From assembly GCA_964543385.1 (NCBI GenBank), contig CAZIYE010000001.1, forward strand, positions 551,123 to 615,122: a DNA stretch of 64,000 nt, read 5' to 3'. Both the position numbers and the translations under genes were made by a program. Shown here piece by piece: positions 55,833 to 64,000 of the stretch. This DNA comes from an uncultured Candidatus Saccharibacteria bacterium (GTDB taxonomy: Bacteria; Patescibacteriota; UBA1384; XYA2-FULL-43-10; 1-14-0-10-43-13). The first letter of the stretch is position 1. Each line of letters opens with the position of its first letter. Below the pieces are notes generated by a model. It ran no database searches. It was not told the origin of the DNA and saw only the letters and a program-made list of their open reading frames with translations.

Positions 55833-58169
55833 GTGTTTGGAAAAAAGACGAAAAAGAAGTCAAAGTATATTTTATGGTTTGAGGAAATCCATAAGGAGGA
55901 CATACCCCATGTCGGAGGCAAGGGTGCTAACCTTGGAGAACTAACCAATCACAAAATTCCAGTTCCAAATGGTTTTTGTGTCACGGCCGAGGCCTTTTTT
56001 TATTATCTTGAAAAAACTGGTGCAAAAGCTCAGATAACAAAATTGCTTAGCGGTTTAAATCCTGAAGATAACAAAAAATTAAACCAAGTCTCAAGGACAA
56101 TAAAGAAACTTATTCTTAATACCAGACTGCCAAAAGACCTAGCAGATGAGATAAGAGTCGCTTATCGTAATCTTGGCGGTTTCCCAGTGGCCGTAAGATC
56201 ATCTGCGACTGCCGAAGATCTCCCAGAGGCTTCATTTGCAGGGCAACAAGCGACTTTTCTAAATACTATTGGTGCTGACAATGTAGTAGAGTCAACTATT
56301 CAATGTTATGCCTCTTTATTTGAAGCAAGAGCAATCTACTATAGGATTATCAATAAATTCGACCATATGAAGGTAGGGCTGTCAGCCGTTGTCCAAAATA
56401 TGGTTCAGTCTGATAAATCAGGAATTTTATTTACTGTAGACCCTGTCACTGAGAATAAAGACAATATCGTTATCGAGGCCGGCTATGGTCTCGGCGAAGC
56501 GATAGTTTCTGGGTCGGTCACCCCTGACCGTTATATCGTGGACAAAAACACTTTTGAAATTATCGAAAAGGAGATCAACAAACAGACTTGGAAGATTGTT
56601 CATGCAAAGAATGGCGGAGATCGCCATGCATCCGTAGAAGCAAAGCTCCAAAAAAGTCAAAAGATTACCGACATTGAAATAATAAAATTAGCCAAAATAG
56701 CCAAAAATATTGAGGATCATTATGGCAAACCACAAGATACAGAGTGGGCAATTGAAAATGGCTCTGTTTATTTTGTTCAATCCAGACCAATAACAACACT
56801 AGGAAACCAATTAGCGGAGAATAATAATCAGAAAGACGAAGATCCGCAGGTTGAGACAGAACAAAACAAAGAAGAAATTTTGCTCAAAGGCGCAGCGGCT
56901 TCTCTGGGTAGTGCATATGGCCCGGTAAAAATAATTCATAAACCAACAGAAATAGATAAGATCAATCAGGGTGATGTATTGGTTACTGAGATGACAACAC
57001 CTGATTTTGTGCCAGCGATGAGAAAGGCAACTGCAATTGTTACTGATACTGGGGGCAGAACTTGCCATGCTGCTATTGTTTCCCGCGAGCTCGGAATTCC
57101 TTGTGTCGTTGGAACAGGTACTGCCACTAATGTACTTAAAAATGGCCAGGTTATTACTGTTGATGGCGCAAGAGGTCTTGTTTACAAAGGAAAAATCAAG
57201 ACTAAATCAGCAGCTAAAGTATCAAATAGCGGTTTGTCGGGATCAGCTATCAGCGAAGAAATTCCAGTTACTGGTACAAAAGTTTATGTGAATCTTGGCG
57301 AGCCCCAATTAGCCGAAGAAGTTGCTAAGATGCCTGTCGATGGAGTTGGGTTATTGAGAGCTGAATTTATGGTCGCAAATTTAGGAGAGCATCCTAAGGC
57401 TATGGTGGCTGATGGCAGAGGAGATGACTATGTCAAAGCTTTAGTCGATGGTTTAAAAACTATTGCCGGAGCTTTCGCTCCAAGGCCTGTAGTTTATAGA
57501 GCAACTGACTTTAAAACAAATGAGTATAAAGGACTCAAAGGTGGAGAGCAGTATGAACCAGCCGAGGATAATCCAATGATTGGCTATCGTGGTGCTTCAC
57601 GTTACATCGCCGAGCCAGATATGTTTGCTTTAGAACTAAAGGCAATCAAGAAAGTCAGAGAAGAACACGATCTAAAAAATCTTTGGATGATGGTGCCATT
57701 TGTCAGAACTCTTTCTGAGATGGAGCAGTGTTTGGCATTGATCGAAAAAGGTGGATTAAAACAAGGTCCTGATTTCAAAATATGGATGATGTGTGAAATA
57801 CCTTCAAACGTGATATTGCTTGATAAATTTATTGATCTTGGGATCGACGGAGTTTCTATCGGCTCAAATGATCTAACCCAGTTAACATTGGGTGTAGATA
57901 GGGACAATCAGACTTTAGCTAAGTTGTTTGACGAAAGAGATGAAGCCGTCCGACTTTCAATAGAGTATGTGATCAAAACTTGTCGCAAGAGAAGTATTAC
58001 CTGTTCAATTTGCGGTCAAGCTCCTAGTACATATCCAGAAATCACGGAAATGATGGTAAAGGCGGGAACAACCAGCGTTTCTGTCACTCCTGATGTTATT
58101 ATCCAAACAAAAAAATTGATTGCTTCAGTTGAAAAAAGACTATTACTCTCAAATATTATTGATAGATAA
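55833..58169 (+). CDS. ppsA: Phosphoenolpyruvate synthase (pyruvate, water dikinase)
   Basis: ATP-grasp N-terminus (GGKGANLGEL). Phospho-His domain TDTGGRTCHAAIVSRELGIPCVVG. PEP-utilising C-terminus GSNDLTQLTLGVDRDN. 778 aa. Confidence 0.85.
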   Translation: MFGKKTKKKSKYILWFEEIHKEDIPHVGGKGANLGELTNHKIPVPNGFCVTAEAFFYYLEKTGAKAQITKLLSGLNPEDNKKLNQVSRTIKKLILNTRLPKDLADEIRVAYRNLGGFPVAVRSSATAEDLPEASFAGQQATFLNTIGADNVVESTIQCYASLFEARAIYYRIINKFDHMKVGLSAVVQNMVQSDKSGILFTVDPVTENKDNIVIEAGYGLGEAIVSGSVTPDRYIVDKNTFEIIEKEINKQTWKIVHAKNGGDRHASVEAKLQKSQKITDIEIIKLAKIAKNIEDHYGKPQDTEWAIENGSVYFVQSRPITTLGNQLAENNNQKDEDPQVETEQNKEEILLKGAAASLGSAYGPVKIIHKPTEIDKINQGDVLVTEMTTPDFVPAMRKATAIVTDTGGRTCHAAIVSRELGIPCVVGTGTATNVLKNGQVITVDGARGLVYKGKIKTKSAAKVSNSGLSGSAISEEIPVTGTKVYVNLGEPQLAEEVAKMPVDGVGLLRAEFMVANLGEHPKAMVADGRGDDYVKALVDGLKTIAGAFAPRPVVYRATDFKTNEYKGLKGGEQYEPAEDNPMIGYRGASRYIAEPDMFALELKAIKKVREEHDLKNLWMMVPFVRTLSEMEQCLALIEKGGLKQGPDFKIWMMCEIPSNVILLDKFIDLGIDGVSIGSNDLTQLTLGVDRDNQTLAKLFDERDEAVRLSIEYVIKTCRKRSITCSICGQAPSTYPEITEMMVKAGTTSVSVTPDVIIQTKKLIASVEKRLLLSNIIDR

Positions 58170-58184
58170 TCAAAAAGGATTTTA

Positions 58185-59525
58185 ATGGACGGACTTCAAG
58201 ATGATATCCCGCTTGAAAATGATGCTAAGAGGAGCAAAGGCTTAAGACCATTTTGGTTTTGGACAGCCATAATCTGTTTTACTGTTGCTAATTATGTTCT
58301 ATTCTATTTTTTCGCAAAATATCTCGTTCTATGGTTAATCGAAAAAATAGGATTAGTAGGCATTCTGTATATTGGTTACTATGGAATATATCCTCTTTTA
58401 ATTATATCCGCATTAACTGCATTTGCTACCTGGATTACCCTTAAAAAAAACTTTGTGGGTAAAAGGGCTGCCTATCTGTTGTTAGTTATCTATCTATCCA
58501 TCTCATGCTATGCCATTTCTTACGCACATATTGCATTGGCCAATTATCACAACCGTTTAATTGTGAAGCAAAAAGTATCTAAGTCTGTGCAGACCTATGG
58601 AGAGCACAAGATTACTAGTAATAGACAAGTTGTGAATACGGGCAACGCCAGTATTCAATCTTCATTATCGTCAAGTGGTATTTTTTCATGGGTTGGCCAT
58701 GATGACACCGAACTAGAGAAAGGAAATGTAGATAACTTAGTCACTCTTACTATTGACGGTGACAAATATAATAAAGAGAAAATCATACAAAATGCTTCAT
58801 CTGCAGTTATGTCTACGCAAAATAAGGTTTATTTTGTTAAAAATGATTTATTTGAGTATGATCTTAGAGCTAAAATCCAAAAGACTATTCTCTCAAATGT
58901 AGGGGACATCAAAAGTGAATATCAAGGAAGAATAGTATTGACTTATGGGGGCGTACTTTCTGTTTATGACACTGAGACGGGGAGACTGAATGATATTTCA
59001 GCAGCTACGGCAGATCTCCTATCCGACAATGTCTTCTATGCTGGAAAGTATATTCACACAAAGGAACCGATTGGTCTAGACATAAGGCTAAGAAGATTTG
59101 ACATTATCAGCCAAGTCAAAAAAGATGTTATAACAATTGAGAATGGCAAGCATCTTAATATGATAGCCTCAAATGATGATTATAGTGTATATACTATTAC
59201 CGATATAAATGGGACAAAATCAACATTTACTATAATCAGTAATGGTGATAACGCAGTAACATTTTCCGAAGAAGTTTCCGGCACTCCTAACTATCATGCG
59301 AAGGCTAAATTTATCGATAATATTTTGTATGTGACTGTCAGGGATGATAGTGACGGCAATAAATATAATATTGTAAAAATTGATCCAAAAACATCGCAAA
59401 AGGATATGGTATTTCACCTGTCTGACAATGGGGCAGGAAGAGAAGACTGGGATACAGATGGCCAATACCTAATTTATTCTACTGGACTTTACGGAGATCT
59501 GATTCTAAGTCCAATCGATAAATAA
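58185..59525 (+). CDS. Membrane-anchored hypothetical protein with extracytoplasmic beta-propeller-like (PD40/TolB-like) domain
   Basis: Four N-terminal TM helices. The C-terminal ...DWDTDGQYLIYSTGLYGDLILSP resembles PD40 repeats. Confidence 0.35.
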   Translation: MDGLQDDIPLENDAKRSKGLRPFWFWTAIICFTVANYVLFYFFAKYLVLWLIEKIGLVGILYIGYYGIYPLLIISALTAFATWITLKKNFVGKRAAYLLLVIYLSISCYAISYAHIALANYHNRLIVKQKVSKSVQTYGEHKITSNRQVVNTGNASIQSSLSSSGIFSWVGHDDTELEKGNVDNLVTLTIDGDKYNKEKIIQNASSAVMSTQNKVYFVKNDLFEYDLRAKIQKTILSNVGDIKSEYQGRIVLTYGGVLSVYDTETGRLNDISAATADLLSDNVFYAGKYIHTKEPIGLDIRLRRFDIISQVKKDVITIENGKHLNMIASNDDYSVYTITDINGTKSTFTIISNGDNAVTFSEEVSGTPNYHAKAKFIDNILYVTVRDDSDGNKYNIVKIDPKTSQKDMVFHLSDNGAGREDWDTDGQYLIYSTGLYGDLILSPIDK

Positions 59526-59583
59526 CAATTTATTTTCCATAAGTTAAATATTGATCTACGGCCAGAACACTCTTTGTCAGAGA

Positions 59584-59624
59584 AAAAAATAACTCCCTGC
59601 TGTAATTGCGGAGAGTTATTTTTA
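59584..59624. terminator. Bidirectional terminator between convergent genes (ATAACTCC-N12-GGAGAGTTAT with A/T-rich flanks)
   Basis: Imperfect 7-9 bp stem flanked by A7 upstream and T5 downstream. Confidence 0.45.
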
Positions 59625-59640
59625 TATAGAAGCTAGTAGG

Positions 59641-60195
59641 TTAGGATTTTCTCATAAACCTATTTTTCAATCCCTGAATAGACAGAGCAAGAACACCGCC
59701 TGCAAGTGCAGTATAGAGCTGAATCATACCCATCGAAATGGCAAATGGCTTTGGTAGTACATGAAGCTTGATCAATATTATGGCTATTGAATATAGAAAA
59801 GCCATTTTTAATACAGCGCCGATTATCAATCCCAGCCATTTATATTTTGCACCACGGATAGAATAACCGAGGATAAGATTTCCGAGCCAAATAAAGGGGA
59901 CCATGTAAACAAGGAATATCGAGAGTGGGCCGAAAACTAATCCCCTAGAAAGGACTCCAATGCTTGGCAGTAATAGGATTGGCAGTATCTGCCAATTTTT
60001 CAAATTTAATGCAGCAAGAACTATAGTGGCATTAACTAATATGCCGACAAGAAGCTGTGGGTGACCAAGTGAGAAGGGAATCATCAGGGCGGCAACTGAT
60101 ATAATCAGGAACTCTGCTATCTCTCTTGTTTTTACAATTTTCTGACTCTGTGTTTCTAACGCTACTGCTTTTATTTTTTCCATCGAATACTCCAA
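59641..60195 (-). CDS. Small polytopic membrane protein (possible ECF-type S-component-like substrate transporter)
   Basis: 184 aa, 5-6 TM, no diagnostic motif. Assignment is speculative. Confidence 0.3.
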   Translation of the reverse strand: MEYSMEKIKAVALETQSQKIVKTREIAEFLIISVAALMIPFSLGHPQLLVGILVNATIVLAALNLKNWQILPILLLPSIGVLSRGLVFGPLSIFLVYMVPFIWLGNLILGYSIRGAKYKWLGLIIGAVLKMAFLYSIAIILIKLHVLPKPFAISMGMIQLYTALAGGVLALSIQGLKNRFMRKS

Positions 60196-60206
60196 TTAAA
60201 TATTTC

Positions 60207-60821
60207 TTATCCTTTTAATTTCTTATAAATGAGAGCATCCGCCACCATGGATGTTGGTATTGTTGCAAAAAGGCCAATGCCTAGCGCCAAGGCTCCCAAA
60301 AGGTTCATTCCGATCAAAGTGAGACCGAAAAGAAAGAGTTGCCACTTTTTCCCTTTAGTTATCCGGCTGCTCTCTTTCATGGCGTCTATTGGATTCATTT
60401 GTTTATCAATAACTAAATATGGAGCCATAGAAAATTGAATAGCCCAGATGACACCTGGCACTACGAGTAGAACAAGCCCCGCCATAACTATTAAACTTAT
60501 TAGAATAGAAAGAACTAAAAAGCTTAGATAATGAGTTGTAGTACCCTTTAAGCTATCCAATGAGAGCTTTTTGTTGTTAGCAGCGTCTAATGATATCTTT
60601 GCCGATGCTAATGTTACAAGTGTAGAGAGAAGCAACCCTATAATCACAAAAATACTTGTTGCAGGGTCCCCAATAGGCATCTTTCTTGCAGAGGGATCTA
60701 TGCCTTGAAGTATGGCAGCTACAATCATGAAGATAACAAAAAACCAAAAATTTTTCTTCATGATTCCCCAACCTGAAGAAATTACCTCTTTTATAGAAAA
60801 ACTTTTCTCGCCCATAAACAT
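60207..60821 (-). CDS. DUF975-like membrane protein
   Basis: N-terminal SIKEVISSGWGIMKKNFWFFVIFMIVAAIL resembles the start of the DUF975 family. 5 TM. Confidence 0.35.
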   Translation of the reverse strand: MFMGEKSFSIKEVISSGWGIMKKNFWFFVIFMIVAAILQGIDPSARKMPIGDPATSIFVIIGLLLSTLVTLASAKISLDAANNKKLSLDSLKGTTTHYLSFLVLSILISLIVMAGLVLLVVPGVIWAIQFSMAPYLVIDKQMNPIDAMKESSRITKGKKWQLFLFGLTLIGMNLLGALALGIGLFATIPTSMVADALIYKKLKG

Positions 60822-60882
60822 CCTTTTTTATTTTAATTTATTATATTTTAATAATATTATAATTTAATTAACAATACTATCT

Positions 60883-61749
60883 CTATTTAAGAGATAGTAG
60901 GATAATACCTGCCACGATAAGTGCGATAGCAAAATATTGTTTTGGCGACAATTTTTCCTTGTATACAAACCAGCCATAGATACAAACTACCAAAGGACTT
61001 GCAGCTGCTATTGCTGTCATAACGCTGAGAGAATATATCTTTATTCCCTGGTAGTATGATAATACTCCCAGAACAGACAAAACAGCGATTATTAACACTG
61101 GTTTAATATTATTGTATGACGGTTTATCAACTTTCTCCTTACCTATTAGCATAATAATAAAAACTATTATAAGCATGATCGTCTCTTCTAAATACGTTGT
61201 AAGTACGGCTCCCATTTCCATTACTGGTATTCTGATAAGAAAAAAATAAATTCCCCAGCCAATTGCTGCCAATATCGCGTAATAAATCCCGCTGGATTTT
61301 TGAAAAAGATGCGAATTTTTAAAATCTCTAAAATTTATTGATATCAAAAATATACCGCAGATGATGATTGTGATAGAGATAATTTCAACCATTGAAAGAC
61401 GGTCCTTGTAAACAGCCATAGCCAGGAAGGTTGTAAATATTGTGTAAATAGATGAAACAGGGCTGACTATACCAACTTTCCCTAAATCCATTCCTTTATA
61501 AAAAAAGTATAGAGGCCAGTAGCCAATAAACGAGATGGCAACAGTGATGAGAGTATATTTGAGGGAAAAGTTTGTAAATTGCCCAGTGAACATAACAACA
61601 AAAAATAGAATAATAGACATGAAAACGCCGCGCCAAAACATAAGTTTATTTGGTCCAAAACTCTTTATGGGAACCTTTGAAATTGCGTTTCCAATGCCCA
61701 TGAATATCAGGGAAGATATTCCGAGCAATAATCCTAGCTGACTATTCAT
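60883..61749 (-). CDS. EamA/DMT-family transporter (10 TM)
   Basis: Two EamA-like 5-TM halves. 288 aa. Confidence 0.7.
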   Translation of the reverse strand: MNSQLGLLLGISSLIFMGIGNAISKVPIKSFGPNKLMFWRGVFMSIILFFVVMFTGQFTNFSLKYTLITVAISFIGYWPLYFFYKGMDLGKVGIVSPVSSIYTIFTTFLAMAVYKDRLSMVEIISITIIICGIFLISINFRDFKNSHLFQKSSGIYYAILAAIGWGIYFFLIRIPVMEMGAVLTTYLEETIMLIIVFIIMLIGKEKVDKPSYNNIKPVLIIAVLSVLGVLSYYQGIKIYSLSVMTAIAAASPLVVCIYGWFVYKEKLSPKQYFAIALIVAGIILLSLK

Positions 61750-62382
61750 TTATTTCTTGTTATCGATATTAATGTCATATTCTTTTTTCCATTCCCAGCC
61801 ATGCTTTGCAAATTCTGGTTTCAGGCGTTCCTGCAGCTCTTGTAACATTGGGATTAACTCTGGAAATTTTTGTACTGCTTTATTAGGGTATGGAGCGATC
61901 AGTTCCGGATGGTCGAAACATTTATGACCTTTGCACAACATATGGTTTATACCTTCAATTTTATCTAGAGCTTTGACGAACCTAGCCTCTTTAGTCTTTG
62001 CTTCATCATATTCACGCCAGAGTTCGGCTAATTCTTGACCGCTTGATGCTGGAGCGATTTCTCTAATTTTTGTTATTGCATCAACCTCTAGGTCATGTTT
62101 TTCTTCTGGCGACTTAATACCAAAGGCAATCAAGGAGTAATCAGTATCACCGGCTAATGCTTCAACCAAGTCATGAACAAGGGCTATTTTAACAGACTTT
62201 AGGACGTCGACGTTGAGCTTCATCTCATTGGCTGTAATAAAGGTTAGAAGGGCCAAATTCCAAGAGTGGTCGGCGCTGGACTCTTTCTTTTTCATCTCCT
62301 TGGTATGTAAAAAACGTTTTGTGGTCTTTAGTTTTTCAGATATTTCCAGAAGATCAAATAATTGTTTTATTTCCTGTGTCAT
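61750..62382 (-). CDS. HD-domain phosphohydrolase, YfbR-like (5'-deoxynucleotidase family)
   Basis: ADHSWNLALL ... IALVHDLVEALAGD matches the HD_3 / YfbR pattern (H...HD...D). Confidence 0.7.
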   Translation of the reverse strand: MTQEIKQLFDLLEISEKLKTTKRFLHTKEMKKKESSADHSWNLALLTFITANEMKLNVDVLKSVKIALVHDLVEALAGDTDYSLIAFGIKSPEEKHDLEVDAITKIREIAPASSGQELAELWREYDEAKTKEARFVKALDKIEGINHMLCKGHKCFDHPELIAPYPNKAVQKFPELIPMLQELQERLKPEFAKHGWEWKKEYDINIDNKK

Positions 62383-62548
62383 TTGTTCTTAATATAACAC
62401 AAAAATAGAGGAGTAAAAATAAAACTCTATTTTTCTTAGAACAAAAATGAAAAAAACGAAACCTTCCGCAGAAGCGGTTCTGGTGTTTGCTGTTATGCTA
62501 GATGGCGGCGATGGGGGAGCATGATTGCCCTCCCATCGCCTGATAGAA

Positions 62549-62725
62549 TCATGCAGTCACCTGCAGTGGCACATTCTGCGAGTAGGTCTTTGGAAGACCA
62601 TGACCATCGCATATTGGGCAAGTGATGTCTCTTGCATCGAATACGTTCCCGCATTCTTCGCAGAGCTTATCGCCAGTCCCAACAGTTTGCTGACGGTTGT
62701 CAGCATCGGTGTCCATATTAGGCAT
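62549..62725 (-). CDS. Small zinc-ribbon protein (58 aa; CxxC-N17-CxxC) in GC-elevated islet 3
   Basis: Strong SD AAGGAGGtcatcATG on the minus strand. Product MPNMDTDADNRQQTVGTGDKLCEECGNVFDARDITCPICDGHGLPKTYSQNVPLQVTA. Co-directional with flanking operon genes. GC-rich hairpin GGCGATGGG...CCCATCGCC downstream. Confidence 0.4.
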   Translation of the reverse strand: MPNMDTDADNRQQTVGTGDKLCEECGNVFDARDITCPICDGHGLPKTYSQNVPLQVTA

Positions 62726-62823
62726 GATGACCTCCTTCTGGTCTTCTCAAGCGCAACAGCTCAAATTCTCAAAATTATAACGTAAAAAAGACTACCAGTA
62801 TACAGTCAAAACTGTGGATAATG

Positions 62824-63141
62824 CTAAGAGTGCTTCTCGTTTATATTTTCCCAGTTCCAGTCTCTATTTTTATTCAATTCCATCTTTTGTAATATTGCTT
62901 TTTCAACATCAATATTGAGAGCTGTGGCCAGATGGAGAGTCCGCTGAATTACATCACCTAATTCCTCTGCAAAACCATCCTTGCCGTCAATGTTATTATG
63001 TCGGTATGCCTCATAAGCCTCTGAAACTTCCGAGTGGATCAAGGCAATCTTTTCAGCCACATTAATATCTTTTGGGTTTGTACCGAACCCCTTTTCTTTT
63101 GCTTGAATTAAAATTTTATTTTGCAACTCTTTAATTTCCAT
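62824..63141 (-). CDS. MazG-like nucleoside triphosphate pyrophosphohydrolase
   Basis: AEKIALIHSEVSEAYEAYR ... FAEELGDVIQRTLHLA (MazG/HisE-like EExxE/D helices). 105 aa. Confidence 0.65.
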   Translation of the reverse strand: MEIKELQNKILIQAKEKGFGTNPKDINVAEKIALIHSEVSEAYEAYRHNNIDGKDGFAEELGDVIQRTLHLATALNIDVEKAILQKMELNKNRDWNWENINEKHS

Positions 63142-63683
63142 TAGAACCTTAACTCCTTAAATGAATGTAGATCGATCCCATAGCGTTTATAGATTGCGAT
63201 CGTGCCTATATGGCCGGCATCCTTATTTTCTAACCCTAAGATCTTTAAGCCATTTTTTACTTCGGCTTCACTTTTTCCTTCGATCTCCATAATTGGCGGA
63301 ATTTTGGGCCAAGTGTCAAAGACAAATTCCATATTGAGATATCTAAATTTGTGCCTTCTATTTTCCTGATAATATTTGCCTTTAAACGGCACCTTGGAGA
63401 GTATTTGTGCAGTCCTGTCAAAGTCATCAACCTCGACCTCTATCTCCGAAGTATCACTCATGCCTTTACCAACTTTATTTTTATAGGTAATAATTGGTTT
63501 TTTGTCTCCGGCTTGACGTAGACGAATCCATTCACCCATATGGATATCATTACACGGATCGATATCAAAAATCCAACGATGCTGGAAAACCTCTGGTTCC
63601 TCAACAGCTCCCAATTTTCGTAATTTATCTTTTATTTCCTCGACATCAAGATCGAGGATCTGAGTTTCAAATTCTTTTTCCAT
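63141..63683 (-). CDS. CYTH-domain protein (triphosphate tunnel metalloenzyme; CyaB/ThTPase-like)
   Basis: EFETQILDLD...GA...WIRLRQ...ITYK...SEIEVEV...MEIEGKSEAEV. Alternating acidic beta-strands of the CYTH tunnel. Confidence 0.7.
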   Translation of the reverse strand: MEKEFETQILDLDVEEIKDKLRKLGAVEEPEVFQHRWIFDIDPCNDIHMGEWIRLRQAGDKKPIITYKNKVGKGMSDTSEIEVEVDDFDRTAQILSKVPFKGKYYQENRRHKFRYLNMEFVFDTWPKIPPIMEIEGKSEAEVKNGLKILGLENKDAGHIGTIAIYKRYGIDLHSFKELRF

Positions 63684-63686
63684 AAT

Positions 63687-64000
63687 TCATAAATATTCTT
63701 TTAGCTCTTCTAGTCTATCAATAATTATATCAGGCTCGTAAGGCAAGAACTCTTCTCTAGAGGCAAAACCGGTTGTTACTGCACAAGATGAGACACCTGA
63801 TTCTTTTGCTGCCAGTACATCGTTTACATGATCACCTATATACATGGCCTCTGATTTATTAACTCCAAGTTCATTAATACATTGGATAATTCTTTGAGCT
63901 TTGCTGTGTCCAGAATTTGTCTCATAAACAGCAGAGAATTGGATGTCACAATTATTTTTATTTTTTATGACATCATCAATAATTTCTTTTGTGTTGCCAG
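63687..64000 (-). CDS. HAD-superfamily hydrolase (C-terminal part; start lies beyond the window)
   Basis: Minus-strand translation ...YIGDHVNDVLAAKESGV... (HAD motif III/IV). Stop overlaps the CYTH start (TGAattATG). Confidence 0.6.
   Translation of the reverse strand, partial: GNTKEIIDDVIKNKNNCDIQFSAVYETNSGHSKAQRIIQCINELGVNKSEAMYIGDHVNDVLAAKESGVSSCAVTTGFASREEFLPYEPDIIIDRLEELKEYL

Noticed and set aside
62525-62785. 86-aa plus-strand ORF from the track
   Set aside because: No RBS, and it is opposite in orientation to the whole surrounding operon. The minus-strand Zn-ribbon ORF with its AAGGAGG SD explains the region better.

Overview
This is an AT-rich bacterial window of roughly 36-38% GC, estimated by eye. 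It is tightly packed with mostly housekeeping genes and shows several features that, by inference, suggest a reduced genome of the Candidate Phyla Radiation / Patescibacteria type. DNA polymerase I is split into a separate 5'-3' exonuclease ORF and a polymerase-domain ORF with no 3'-5' exonuclease domain. The window has many DUF-type membrane proteins, apparently lacks a CIRCE site upstream of groESL, and contains a giant 1875-aa cytoplasmic protein.

Recognisable core genes are hppA (K+-independent H+-pyrophosphatase), a P-type cation ATPase, pyrG, groES-groEL, efp, the rpsF-ssb-rpsR operon, ychF, a CDF transporter, split polA, holA, lepB, rpsT, a GalE-like epimerase, a phosphohexomutase-like gene with manC, pspC with a LiaF-like neighbour, nrnA, rpsO-pnp, a family-4 UDG, RNase J, ftsK, rodZ-like, recA-recX and ppsA.

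The accessory regions are the following. (1) At the 5' end there is an envelope-glycan cluster: DUF4012, two tandem O-antigen-ligase-like paralogs, and a GT4 glycosyltransferase carrying a 7-nt microsatellite. It is followed by a strikingly GC-rich, probably foreign, lipoprotein gene. (2) Three compositionally anomalous GC-rich islets each carry a well-formed small gene of 52-58 aa with a strong Shine-Dalgarno and a GC-rich terminator hairpin. The first two also have a near-consensus promoter, and each of these two lies directly upstream of a nucleotidyltransferase-containing protein. One of those is the 1875-aa protein, whose C-terminus is a GlnD/GlnE (DUF294)-like protein nucleotidyltransferase domain. 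(3) At the 3' end a minus-strand operon links HAD, CYTH, MazG-like, a Zn-ribbon mini-protein, a YfbR-like HD hydrolase and an EamA transporter, which looks like a nucleotide-phosphohydrolase or salvage module.

I found no rRNA, tRNA, CRISPR array, transposase or integrase. Many strong rho-independent terminators and several sigma70-like promoters are visible.
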